DNA of 64,000 nucleotides from Collinsella aerofaciens (GTDB taxonomy: Bacteria; Bacillota; Clostridia; Oscillospirales; Oscillospiraceae), in the NCBI GenBank assembly GCA_963633225.1, contig CAVGXR010000042.1, positions 16,152 through 80,151 on the forward strand. Direction: 5' to 3'. Position numbers and translations under genes: made by a program. This document shows, piece after piece, positions 47,240 through 58,876 of this stretch. Each line of letters begins with the position of its first letter. Positions within the stretch are counted from its first letter, which is position 1. Below the pieces are notes generated by a model. The model saw nothing but the letters and a program-made list of their open reading frames with translations, did no database searches and was not told the origin of the DNA.

Positions 47240-48487
47240 ATGAACGTAAATGATATAAGGCCAGAGGTATATGAGCTTGCCCGTCAAGCCGAGGAGGAGA
47301 TCAAGCCACAGTTTGAGCGCATCGACCGCATAGCAATGCTCAACACGCGCAAGGTGATGACCGCGTTTCAGGATAACAGGGTGTCCGACTCCTGCTTTGC
47401 AGGAACAAGCGGCTACGGCTATGACGATATGGGCAGGGAAGTGCTCGACAAGGTGTATGCACAGGTGTTCTGCACAGAGTCTGCGCTTGTGCGCATCGGC
47501 TTTGTAAACGGTACTCATGCTCTTTCGGCAGCGCTTTTTGCTCTTCTCAAGCCCGGAGATACTCTGCTTTCCGTCACTGGGCTTCCTTATGATACGCTCA
47601 GAAACGCCATCGGCATAGAGGGTAATTGCCACGGCTCACTCAAATTCTACGGAATAGGCTACAAGCAGGTCGATCTCAAGGACGGTGAGCCGGATATTGA
47701 GGGCATAAAGGCCGCGCTTGCGGATAAAAGCGTTGCCGCTGTTCTCATCCAGCGCTCAAGAGGCTATGATAACCGCAGGGCGCTCTCTGCCGAAGAGATA
47801 GGTCAGATATGCGCGGCTGTAAAGAGCACAGCACCTGATGTTAAAGTCATGGTCGATAACTGCTACGGCGAGTTTACCGGCGAGCACGAGCCCACGGAAT
47901 ACAGTGTTGACCTCATGGCGGGCTCGCTCATAAAAAACCCCGGCGGCGGTCTTGCACCTACAGGCGGCTACATAGCCGGCAGAAAAGAGCTTGTCGAAAA
48001 CGCTGCCATGCGGCTGACAACTCCGGGCATCGGCGGCGAATGCGGCGCTACGCTCGGCAACAACCGTCTGCTGTTTCAGGGCTTTTTCATGGCACCGCAT
48101 GTCGTTGCACAGGCATTGAAAACAATGACCTTCTGCTCGGCAATGATGAAAAAGGCAGGCTTTGAATCATCACCGTCACCCGAAGAGAGCCGAAACGATA
48201 TTATTCAGATGGTAACGCTCAAGAACGAAGGAAACATGAAAAAATTCTGCCGCGGGATTCAGGCTGGAGCTCCTGTTGATTCGTATGTGACACCCGAGCC
48301 GTGGCAGATGCCGGGCTATAATGTGCCCGTCATTATGGCAGCGGGAGCCTTTGTTCAGGGCTCTTCCATAGAACTCTCCGCAGACGGTCCGATGCGTGAG
48401 CCGTACACTCTGTATGTTCAGGGCGGCATAACCTACGAATCCGGCAAGCTCGGCATAATGATGGCAGTTAATGAAATGCTGAGCTGA
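47240..48487 (+). CDS. YnbB / aluminium-resistance family protein (Cys/Met-metabolism PLP-enzyme-like)
   Basis: 415 aa. The FAGTSGYGYDDMGREVLDKVYA and IKNPGGGLAPTGGYIAG patterns match this family as I recall it. Confidence 0.75.
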   Translation: MNVNDIRPEVYELARQAEEEIKPQFERIDRIAMLNTRKVMTAFQDNRVSDSCFAGTSGYGYDDMGREVLDKVYAQVFCTESALVRIGFVNGTHALSAALFALLKPGDTLLSVTGLPYDTLRNAIGIEGNCHGSLKFYGIGYKQVDLKDGEPDIEGIKAALADKSVAAVLIQRSRGYDNRRALSAEEIGQICAAVKSTAPDVKVMVDNCYGEFTGEHEPTEYSVDLMAGSLIKNPGGGLAPTGGYIAGRKELVENAAMRLTTPGIGGECGATLGNNRLLFQGFFMAPHVVAQALKTMTFCSAMMKKAGFESSPSPEESRNDIIQMVTLKNEGNMKKFCRGIQAGAPVDSYVTPEPWQMPGYNVPVIMAAGAFVQGSSIELSADGPMREPYTLYVQGGITYESGKLGIMMAVNEMLS

Positions 48488-48516
48488 AAAAAGCATATAA
48501 TACATGGGGTGATCTC

Positions 48517-51161
<2,645 letters not shown>

Positions 51162-51162
51162 T

Positions 51163-51200
51163 TGTAAGAGCCGGCCTGAGGATCGGCTCTTACAGTTTTC
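51163..51200 (+). terminator. rho-independent terminator after ligA
   Basis: TGTAAGAGCCG...CGGCTCTTACA followed by GTTTTC. Confidence 0.7.
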
Positions 51201-51251
51201 ACATCCGTGTGCGTTCGGCAATATAATAAGCTTGCAAAGGAGGACTGCACG

Positions 51252-51698
51252 ATGGATGAAAACAACAAAACCTGCGGCTGCAAGGAGGGCACGCTTTCTG
51301 CGTGTGCACCGCTTGCAATGGCCTATGTGCCGATGCAGCAGTCGGCAAAGCCCATGTATAATAAGTCCGAGGCACTCAGCCGCGGAACGCTTTTTCCCGG
51401 ACTCGACCTGCCGTTTATGAATATGGTCAACGCCGGAGATATTACCGGCACTCCATTAGGCGAGCTGATGGCGCTCGATTTTGTCGCCCACGAGCTTTCG
51501 CTGTACCTTGATACGCACTCTGACGACGAGGAAGCGTTTGAATTATATAAAAGCGTAGTTTCACTGGCCGATACAGCAAGAGAAAAATATGTAAAGCTAT
51601 ACGGGCCGCTGACCCACGCCGATCTCGGCAAGGCTCAGAGCTACACATGGCTCAAGAACCCGTGGCCTTGGGATTACAGCGTGAAGATGGAGGGCTGA
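51252..51698 (+). CDS. fused spore-coat proteins CotJA + CotJB
   Basis: N-half has the CotJA signature (LAMAYVPMQQ...SEALSRGTLFPGLDLPF). C-half has the CotJB signature (LDFVAHELSLYLDTHSDDEEAFELY...YGPL...WLKNPWPWDY). ATG at 51252 lies 7 nt after AAGGAGG. Confidence 0.72.
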   Translation: MDENNKTCGCKEGTLSACAPLAMAYVPMQQSAKPMYNKSEALSRGTLFPGLDLPFMNMVNAGDITGTPLGELMALDFVAHELSLYLDTHSDDEEAFELYKSVVSLADTAREKYVKLYGPLTHADLGKAQSYTWLKNPWPWDYSVKMEG

Positions 51699-51700
51699 GT

Positions 51701-52294
51701 ATGTTTATTTATCAGAAAAAGCTGCAATATCCCGTAAAGATAGCGAATCCAAACCCTGCGCTTGCGAAATTCATCATCACTCAGTACGGCGGCCCCGACG
51801 GTGAGCTCGGAGCGTCGCTGAGGTATCTGAGCCAGCGCTACAGTATGCCGTATCCCGAGCTCAAGGGCTTGCTTACCGATATAGGAACCGAGGAGCTCGG
51901 ACATCTTGAAATGATTGCAACGATCGTGCATCAGCTAACACGGAAAATGACGCCGGAGGAGATCAAAAAGGGCGGCTTTGAGGCTTATTTTGTGGATCAC
52001 ACAGCCGGAGTTTACCCTCAGTTTGCCTCAGGAACGCCGTGGACTGCGGCCACGATGCAGGTAACAGGCGATGTTATAAGCGACCTGAGCGAGGATATGG
52101 CTGCAGAGCAGAAGGCGCGCACAACATATGACAACATTCTGCGGCTCTCCGACGATCCCGACGTTAACGACGTTATAAAATTCCTGCGTGAGCGCGAGGT
52201 CGTACACTATCAGCGCTTCGGCGAGGGGCTCAGAAATGCTGTTGAAAAGCTCGATTCAAAGAACTTTTATGCCGTAAACCCTGCCTTTGGCTGA
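51701..52294 (+). CDS. cotJC: spore-coat manganese-catalase-family protein CotJC
   Basis: Ferritin-like dimetal motifs (GELGASLRYLSQ, EELGHLEMI, EREVVHYQRF). ATG at 51701, 2 nt after the upstream stop. Confidence 0.88.
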   Translation: MFIYQKKLQYPVKIANPNPALAKFIITQYGGPDGELGASLRYLSQRYSMPYPELKGLLTDIGTEELGHLEMIATIVHQLTRKMTPEEIKKGGFEAYFVDHTAGVYPQFASGTPWTAATMQVTGDVISDLSEDMAAEQKARTTYDNILRLSDDPDVNDVIKFLREREVVHYQRFGEGLRNAVEKLDSKNFYAVNPAFG

Positions 52295-52295
52295 T

Positions 52296-52325
52296 GAAAA
52301 AATCCCCCATCGTAAGATGGGGGAT
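52296..52325 (-). terminator. terminator of the symporter gene (hairpin shared with convergent cotJC)
   Basis: ATCCCCCATC-GTAA-GATGGGGGAT. The T6 run follows on the - strand reading. Confidence 0.75.
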
Positions 52326-52350
52326 AAAGTTTATATTGAGCTTATTACGC

Positions 52351-53595
52351 TTATTTTGCTGCCTTTGCAGCCTTCTTCTCGCGCTCGACTCTGGAGATCC
52401 ACATTGCTGCGGTAGCGTCGCCGGTGATGTTGAGCGTTGTACGGCCCATGTCGAAGAGCTTATCGACACCTGCAACGATCGCAATGCCTTCAACAGGCAG
52501 ACCGACGGACAGAAGGACCATGGAGAGCATTATCATGCCTGCGCCGGAGATACCCGCAGTACCTACGGAGGCGAGAGTTGCGGTGAGAACGATCATTGCC
52601 ATCTGGCCGAGAGTGAGGTCAACGCCGTAGCAGCAGGCAATAAACACGGCGCAGACTGCCTGATAGATAGCAGTACCGTCCATGTTGATCGTTGCGCCCA
52701 GAGGCAGAACGAAGGAGCTGATCTCGGGCTCTGCACCCATGTTGTTGCAGCACTCTATATTAACAGGGAGCGTTGCATTCGACGAGGTGGTGGTGAATGC
52801 CGTGAGCATTGCCGGAGCAAGACCCTTGAAGAAGGCAATGGGGCTCATGCGGGACAGGAACTTGATGCTGATACCGTATACGATAAGTACATGCAGGATG
52901 TAGCCGATGTAGGCAACGCCGATGACAAGTGCCAGAGATCCCACGACCTTCGCACCGTTTACTGCGACAACGTCAGCCATAAGGCAGAATACGCCGATCG
53001 GGGTGAGGTTGATGATCATCATGAGGATCTTCATTGTGACTTCGTTCATGCAGTTTACAAAGTCGCCGATCTTCTTGCCCTTTTCGCCGGCAGCGAGGAT
53101 GCCTGCACCGAAGAATATCGAAATTACGATAACGGGAAGCATATCCATATTGACCATGGGCTTGAGAAGGTTATCGGGGAAGATGCCCACAATAACGTCC
53201 ATGACCTTGGGAGTTTCGTTGGCCGTGTACTCAAGAGAGTCGGTAACGCTCGAATCGAGAACAGGGAAGTAGCCCTTGAAGAGGTTGACGACAACAAGAC
53301 CGATGACGACTGCAATCGCGGTCGTGCACATGTAGTAAATGAAGGTTCTTGCACCGATGCTGCCGACGCGCTTGAGGTCGTTGAGCGAAACGACACCGTC
53401 ACAGATCGAGAACAGAACGACGGGAACGACCATGAACTTGAGCAGGTTTATGTATATCGTTCCGAAGGGCTTGAGATACTCGGTCGTAAATGTGCTCTCC
53501 GGCGCTGCCAGAAGGAACACGAAGCCGAGTGCGATACCGGCAAACATTGCTATAATGATCCAGCCGGCTAAATTGATTTTACTTTTTTTCTGCAT
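52351..53595 (-). CDS. dicarboxylate/amino acid:cation symporter (DAACS/SLC1 family)
   Basis: Polytopic protein with family motifs (TTSSNATLPV and GATINMDGTAIYQ). ATG at 53595 lies 6 nt after GGAGGG. The track start at 53637 is less likely. Confidence 0.88.
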   Translation of the reverse strand: MQKKSKINLAGWIIIAMFAGIALGFVFLLAAPESTFTTEYLKPFGTIYINLLKFMVVPVVLFSICDGVVSLNDLKRVGSIGARTFIYYMCTTAIAVVIGLVVVNLFKGYFPVLDSSVTDSLEYTANETPKVMDVIVGIFPDNLLKPMVNMDMLPVIVISIFFGAGILAAGEKGKKIGDFVNCMNEVTMKILMMIINLTPIGVFCLMADVVAVNGAKVVGSLALVIGVAYIGYILHVLIVYGISIKFLSRMSPIAFFKGLAPAMLTAFTTTSSNATLPVNIECCNNMGAEPEISSFVLPLGATINMDGTAIYQAVCAVFIACCYGVDLTLGQMAMIVLTATLASVGTAGISGAGMIMLSMVLLSVGLPVEGIAIVAGVDKLFDMGRTTLNITGDATAAMWISRVEREKKAAKAAK

Positions 53596-53712
53596 TTCTA
53601 TCCCTCCAAAAAATAATACAAGCATATTACCACACAATATTCTGCTTGGCTATAGCTTCAGCGAATCTTAACGAAAACTTTATGTCGCTTTGCACAAGCT
53701 CTGCCTAAATTT

Positions 53713-53761
53713 ATTAAAAAATCAGCTGTTGTTTTAGCTAATTTAGCTAAAACAACAGCTG
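53713..53761 (-). terminator. terminator of pfp (perfect 18-bp palindrome)
   Basis: CAGCTGTTGTTTTAGCTA-ATT-TAGCTAAAACAACAGCTG followed on the - strand by ATTTTTT. Confidence 0.75.
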
Positions 53762-53782
53762 CAAAACAGAACAAGATGTTTT

Positions 53783-55069
53783 TTACTCGACCGTTACTTC
53801 ATCCTTTGACTTTGCCATTACCTTTTTAAGACGTGCGTAGCGGGGGAGGGAATTGCTTCTTGTGATCTTCGGTTCGCCCTGAATAAGCGGGAGAACATAA
53901 TTTATAAATTCGTTTGTGACATAATTGCCGTCCTCTGTTATCCACTCGAGAGGAACCTTCTTTTCGAAGTTTGCAACACTGTTGAGCGAAAGCAGAACGG
54001 GCTTGCAGGAATACAGCCCCTCGCTGTCATCACGCTCAAAGGCTACCATCTGGCCTGTTGCGCCGGCAACGGCAGACTCTACTGCAAATTTGCCGGCATT
54101 AAAGGCTTCCTCAACGTCCACGGCGGAGGCAATATGCGCCGCGCTGCGCTGGAGAAGGCTCAGCTCGATGCCGCGAACCTTTTTGAGGTTAAGGCGCTCT
54201 TTCAGATAATTTGCAAGCTTTACTGCCAGACCGCCGAGCTGCGCGTGGCCAAAGCCGTCTGTTCCGGATACCTTTGCCTCGGATACGAACGAGCCGTCGG
54301 CATAATGAAGTCCTTCGGAAACAGCGACAAGCACATTGCGCTTCTGCTTTCTGATCTTGGCAACATCATCTGCAAAACGGTCGAGGTCAAAATCACGCTC
54401 CGGCAGGTATATAAGATCGGGACCGCAGCCGTTGCCGTATTCCGTTGCAAGTGCAGCCGATGCCGTGAGCCAGCCGGCGTGACGACCCATTATCTCGACG
54501 ACCGTCACCATATCGGTGTCGTATGCGTCGGTATCCTTGCCGATCTCCATGCAGGAGGTAGCGATAAATTTTGCTGCACTGCCGAAGCCGGGGCAGTGAT
54601 CGGTGCCGAACAGGTCGTTGTCGATGGTCTTGGGGACACCCATGACGCGGCAGTCATAGCCGACCTTTTCCATGTATCTGCTTATCTTGTTGCAGGTATC
54701 CATGGAATCGTTGCCGCCGTTATAGAAAAAGTACCTTACATCGTATTTCTTGAATATCTCAAGTATCCTTTTGTAATCCGTATCATCGACCTCGGGGTCT
54801 GCCATCTTGTACCGGCAGGATCCCAGCTCCGATGACGGTGTGTTGAGAAGGAGCTTGAGCTCATAATCCTCCTCCTCGCCCATATCGTAGAGCTCGTCCT
54901 TAAGTACGCCCTGAATGCCGTAGGCTGCACCGTAGACATTTGTTATAACGTCGCTGTCGAGTGCAGTCCTGATCACTCCGTACGCGCTTGCGTTGATAAC
55001 TGCCGTCGGGCCGCCCGACTGACCGAATATACAGGCACCAACCAGTGCGGAATCAAAAAACTTGTCCAA
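53783..55069 (-). CDS. pfp: 6-phosphofructokinase, likely diphosphate (PPi)-dependent type
   Basis: GQSGGPTAVINAS, PKTIDNDL and MGRHAGWL motifs. 428-aa long-form PFK. TTG start 7 nt after GGAGG. Confidence 0.85.
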   Translation of the reverse strand: MDKFFDSALVGACIFGQSGGPTAVINASAYGVIRTALDSDVITNVYGAAYGIQGVLKDELYDMGEEEDYELKLLLNTPSSELGSCRYKMADPEVDDTDYKRILEIFKKYDVRYFFYNGGNDSMDTCNKISRYMEKVGYDCRVMGVPKTIDNDLFGTDHCPGFGSAAKFIATSCMEIGKDTDAYDTDMVTVVEIMGRHAGWLTASAALATEYGNGCGPDLIYLPERDFDLDRFADDVAKIRKQKRNVLVAVSEGLHYADGSFVSEAKVSGTDGFGHAQLGGLAVKLANYLKERLNLKKVRGIELSLLQRSAAHIASAVDVEEAFNAGKFAVESAVAGATGQMVAFERDDSEGLYSCKPVLLSLNSVANFEKKVPLEWITEDGNYVTNEFINYVLPLIQGEPKITRSNSLPRYARLKKVMAKSKDEVTVE

Positions 55070-55096
55070 AACTTTGCCTCCATTATATAATGATTA

Positions 55097-55125
55097 TTGA
55101 TTATAACATGGTTTTGGTTTATAAT
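55097..55125 (+). promoter_or_regulatory. sigma-A-type promoter for fba (TTGATT-17 nt-TATAAT)
   Basis: Read directly in the AT-rich divergent pfp/fba intergenic region. Confidence 0.5.
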
Positions 55126-55193
55126 AAATATGATTTTTAAAAGTTATTTAAAAATTGTACAATTTCACTATTTTTCTGACAGGAGGAAATATT

Positions 55194-56129
55194 ATGCCAC
55201 TCGTAACAACAAGTGAAATGTTTGAAAAGGCCTATAAGGGCGGATATGCTGTCGGTGCATTCAACGTGAACAACATGGAGATCGTACAGGGTATCACCGA
55301 AGCCGCGGCGGATCTCAAGGCTCCGCTTATTCTTCAGGTATCCAAGGGTGCACGCGCATATGCAAACCACACCTATCTTATAAAGCTCGTTGAGGCGGCA
55401 GTCGAAGAGACCGGGCTGCCCATAGCGCTTCACCTTGACCATGGCGACAGCTTTGAGCTCTGCAAGTCCTGCATAGACGGCGGCTTCACCTCGGTTATGA
55501 TAGACGCATCCTCAAAATCCTTTGACGACAATATTGCACTTACCCGTCAGGTAGTTGAATACGCACACGATCACGGCGTTGTCGTCGAGGCTGAGCTCGG
55601 TACGCTTGCCGGCATAGAGGACGAGGTTAACGTAAAGGCTGAGGATTCTTCCTACACACGTCCCGAGGACGTTCAGGAATTTGTCGAGCGTACAGGCTGC
55701 GACTCGCTGGCAATAGCCATCGGTACATCGCACGGTGCTTATAAGTTCAAGCCCGGCACCAAGCCCCAGCTGAGATTTGATATTCTCGAGGATGTCGAGC
55801 GCCGTCTGCCCGGCTTCCCGATAGTTCTGCACGGCTCATCGTCCGTCCCTCAGGAGTTTGTAAAGCTCATAAACGAAAACGGCGGCAATATGCCCGGTGC
55901 CATCGGTGTTCCCGAAGATCAGCTCCGCAAGGCTGCATCCATGGCAGTCTGCAAGATAAACATCGACTCCGACCTTCGTCTTGCAATGACAGCGACCATC
56001 CGCAAGTATTTCAACGATCATCCCGATCACTTTGACCCCAGACAGTATCTCAAGCCCGCAAGAGCCGCGATAAAGGATATGGTAGCTCACAAGATCACCG
56101 ACGTTCTCGGCTGCGACGGCAAGGCTTAA
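55194..56129 (+). CDS. fba: class II fructose-1,6-bisphosphate aldolase
   Basis: GAFNVNNME, LHLDHG and AIGTSHGAYKF motifs. ATG at 55194 lies behind AGGAGG. Confidence 0.93.
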   Translation: MPLVTTSEMFEKAYKGGYAVGAFNVNNMEIVQGITEAAADLKAPLILQVSKGARAYANHTYLIKLVEAAVEETGLPIALHLDHGDSFELCKSCIDGGFTSVMIDASSKSFDDNIALTRQVVEYAHDHGVVVEAELGTLAGIEDEVNVKAEDSSYTRPEDVQEFVERTGCDSLAIAIGTSHGAYKFKPGTKPQLRFDILEDVERRLPGFPIVLHGSSSVPQEFVKLINENGGNMPGAIGVPEDQLRKAASMAVCKINIDSDLRLAMTATIRKYFNDHPDHFDPRQYLKPARAAIKDMVAHKITDVLGCDGKA

Positions 56130-56165
56130 TACCCAGCTTTTTAAACTCAGCAGGGAGGTGCTGCA

Positions 56166-57806
56166 ATGGCTCAGACACGTTCATCAAAAAAGCACAGTGC
56201 AGGCAGGGGCTATGGGCAGGATATAATAACTGTCCTCAGGGCGCTGTTGTCTGTCCTGCTGCTGATACTGGCGTATTCGATCGATGCATCTGCCTTCACT
56301 GCCGTGCTTATACTTGTATTTGCCGCGCTCATAAGCGGAGTGGACATAGCTTTGACCGCTGTTGAAAAAATCCTCAGGAAAAAGGATTACCTCAACGATC
56401 AGCTCCTGCTCTGCTTATGTGCTGTCGCGTGCTTCTGCATCGGTTGCTATACCGAAACAATAGTTATGCTCGCTATCTATCAGATAGGGCGCACCTGCCT
56501 GAAGCTCGTCATAAGAAAAACCAAGCATGGATTTTACGATGCTGTTTCCGCCGGCGACAGGGAAGGGAGCCTTCTCCTCAGGAGCATACTCAGCAGTCCG
56601 GCAAGCTCGGAAAACTCAGCTATGACAAGATATTTGCCGTATTTTGAGCTGTTTTCGAAGGCAGCCTTCATAGTTGGCATCATATATGCCGCCGTCGTGC
56701 CGTCTATTACGGACATGACTTATCTTATGAGTATTCGCCGCGGCTGTATGCTCATCGCAGCAGCCGTCCCAGTGTCGGCGCTGGCGGCGCTGCCCGTATA
56801 TTCGCTTGCCGGCATCAGCCGTTCAGCGGAGTACGGAGTTTACGTCAAAAACGCAAATGCACTTGAAAACATGGAAAAGCTTGCTTCCGTTATATACGAT
56901 AAGGCCGATGTTTTCACGGACGGAGCCCCGAAGCTCACTACGCTCAATTCGCCGATACTGGATAACGAAAGCTTCCTGATGCTCGCGGCCTATACCGCGT
57001 ATTCATCCGAGCAGCGCTTTGCCGCGCCTATCGTCAGCGCATACGGCGGAGATATAATTCCGTCATACATATCAGATTTCAGAGATATACCGGGCTGCGG
57101 AATGGAGATACTCCTGCGCGGCAGGCATATACTTCTCGGAACGCTCGAGCTGTTCGATGCAAAGGGGATCACGATACCCGATGCGGACAGAAGGGGAGGC
57201 TATGTTCTTTATCTTTCGATAGGCGGAAGATATGCCGGAAGCCTGACTCTAAAGGAAAAACTCAATCCCTACGCAGAAAGCGTTATCTCCGATCTTGCCG
57301 CTTTAGGCGGCATCAGCAGCGTTCTTGTTACCGAGGACGGCAGAGACGTTAGCGAGAAGCTCGCCAAGGCGCTCAATGTAGATCAGCTGCACTATGAATG
57401 CAATTTCAGTGAAAAATCTGATATCATTCAAAAGTGCAGGGCACAGCTTGCACCTGACGAAAAGCTTATGTACATAAGTGCAGAGGCACTTGAATATCAC
57501 ACAGCCGCCGATATAGATGCAAGAGTCGGCTCGTCGTTCGACTGCGCTGATATGCTGATGAGCAACGTCGGTATTTTCGGACTGCCGGTCGTATACACAG
57601 CAGCGCATATGGTAAAACGGCTATCGACTGAAAATCTTCTGTTCACGGCAATAATAAAGCTTGTTTTAGTAGTGCTTGCACTCACCGGCAGCGTAACGCT
57701 CTGGTTTATAGTTATGCTTGATTTCTCTGCTTCAATACTCGGTGTACTCAGCGTTGTGCGCCTGCCGTCATCCGAGGTGCAGCAGGAGAATGAACCCGAC
57801 GAATAA
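56166..57806 (+). CDS. P1B-type ATPase-like membrane protein with degenerate catalytic motifs and no actuator domain
   Basis: Recognisable homology to heavy-metal P-type ATPase TM and P-domain segments, but with VPV for CPC and DKADV for DKTGT, no TGES, and no GDGxND. Intact 546-codon frame with GGGAGG SD. Confidence 0.6.
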   Translation: MAQTRSSKKHSAGRGYGQDIITVLRALLSVLLLILAYSIDASAFTAVLILVFAALISGVDIALTAVEKILRKKDYLNDQLLLCLCAVACFCIGCYTETIVMLAIYQIGRTCLKLVIRKTKHGFYDAVSAGDREGSLLLRSILSSPASSENSAMTRYLPYFELFSKAAFIVGIIYAAVVPSITDMTYLMSIRRGCMLIAAAVPVSALAALPVYSLAGISRSAEYGVYVKNANALENMEKLASVIYDKADVFTDGAPKLTTLNSPILDNESFLMLAAYTAYSSEQRFAAPIVSAYGGDIIPSYISDFRDIPGCGMEILLRGRHILLGTLELFDAKGITIPDADRRGGYVLYLSIGGRYAGSLTLKEKLNPYAESVISDLAALGGISSVLVTEDGRDVSEKLAKALNVDQLHYECNFSEKSDIIQKCRAQLAPDEKLMYISAEALEYHTAADIDARVGSSFDCADMLMSNVGIFGLPVVYTAAHMVKRLSTENLLFTAIIKLVLVVLALTGSVTLWFIVMLDFSASILGVLSVVRLPSSEVQQENEPDE

Positions 57807-57818
57807 GAGAAATAAGGC

Positions 57819-57854
57819 AAAAGACTAATGGCTCTGGAGCCATTAGTCTTTTTT
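57819..57854 (+). terminator. bidirectional terminator hairpin (16-bp stem) overlapping the 3' end of the convergent xer gene
   Basis: AAAAGACTAATGGCTC-TGG-GAGCCATTAGTCTTTT. Confidence 0.75.
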
Positions 57855-58844
57855 AGGCTCAAAATGGGCGAGGGGATTGGCCTCAGCCGCTATCCTGAGC
57901 TCTGTATTATCGACGTGTGTGTATATCTGAGTTGTGTTTAGATTATCGTGTCCCAGCAGCTCCTGAAGCGTGCGCACATCAACGCCGTTTTGCAGCATCA
58001 GTGTCGCCGCAGTGTGCCTGAGCTTATGCGATGAATATTTATCTGCATCCAGCCCCGCACGGCGCAGAGAATTTTTCACCATGCTGTGCACCGCCTCTCG
58101 GCTCATCCTTGTACGTCTGTTGGAGAGAAAAAGTGCATTTTTATCAATAGCCGCAATGCTTTTTCTGACTGTGAGATATTGGTTTATAGCATCTGCGCAG
58201 GCATCGTTTATGTAAATTATTCGCTCCTTGCTGCCTTTGCCGAACACTCTGATATGATCTGTTCGAATATCAGACAGGTTCAGACCGACGATCTCGGAGA
58301 TTCGCAGACCGCAGTTTAAAAATATACACAATATGCAGTAGTCGCGCTCTTTATTTTTTCCGTCAACAGAGGAGAGGAGAGCCTGTGCCTCCGGCAGAGT
58401 TAGATATCTCGGCAGCTTATTGGGTATCTTGGGAACGTCAAGATCCTGCAATGGGTTAACGTCAATGAGCTTTGCCTTGACGGTCAGATATTTATAAAAG
58501 CTGCGCAGGGTGGAGACCTTTCGGGCACGGGTCGATGCCATAGTGCCGTATTCGGCTTCGCGGCTACGCTGGTTTTTGACCCTGTCACGCGACAGATAGG
58601 CAAGATACTCATACGCATCGGAAACGGTGATCGACTTGATAAAATCAAGGTCAATATCGCTTATGCCGATATCCTCAAGCTCTGTATTCCGCGGAACAAG
58701 TCCGCGGCTTATTTTCATGTACCTGAAAAATGTCCTGAGATCAAGGTAATATTCCTCAACAGTTTTCGGCGAGTGTCCTTTTATTGTTTCATGATATATT
58801 AAAAAGCTTTTGATTATCTCGGGTGCTTCGGTTCTGTAGTCCAT
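57843..58844 (-). CDS. tyrosine recombinase, XerC/XerD family
   Basis: SAM-like N-domain. Catalytic residues are in context: GLRISE (Arg), GKGSKER (Lys), HKLRHTAAT (His-x-x-Arg), LGHDN (His), QIYTHV (Tyr). Confidence 0.85.
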   Translation of the reverse strand: MDYRTEAPEIIKSFLIYHETIKGHSPKTVEEYYLDLRTFFRYMKISRGLVPRNTELEDIGISDIDLDFIKSITVSDAYEYLAYLSRDRVKNQRSREAEYGTMASTRARKVSTLRSFYKYLTVKAKLIDVNPLQDLDVPKIPNKLPRYLTLPEAQALLSSVDGKNKERDYCILCIFLNCGLRISEIVGLNLSDIRTDHIRVFGKGSKERIIYINDACADAINQYLTVRKSIAAIDKNALFLSNRRTRMSREAVHSMVKNSLRRAGLDADKYSSHKLRHTAATLMLQNGVDVRTLQELLGHDNLNTTQIYTHVDNTELRIAAEANPLAHFEPKKD

Positions 58845-58876
58845 GGTAATACGCTCCGATCCTTTTTTCTGTGACC

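Noticed and set aside
52294-53571. 425-aa stop-free ORF on the + strand with an ATG start, rich in D/E/H/C residues
   Set aside because: It is exactly antisense and codon-aligned to the DAACS symporter gene. A strongly biased, hydrophobic sense gene that avoids TTA/CTA/TCA codons automatically yields a stop-free complementary frame. There is no SD, the composition is nonsensical, and the sense strand carries clear family motifs.
53723-53761. Perfect 39-nt palindrome (18-bp arms), considered as an operator, MITE end or recombination site
   Set aside because: It sits directly after the pfp stop and is followed by a T-run on the - strand. I saw no second copy in the window. An intrinsic terminator is the simplest explanation.
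57843-58844. Tyrosine recombinase as marker of an integrated mobile element or prophage remnant
   Set aside because: No phage, transposase, excisionase or conjugation genes flank it. I could not find direct or inverted repeats at the edges of the lower-GC segment. The protein has the architecture of chromosomal XerC/XerD-type enzymes. It is kept only as context for the radA-coupled gene finding.
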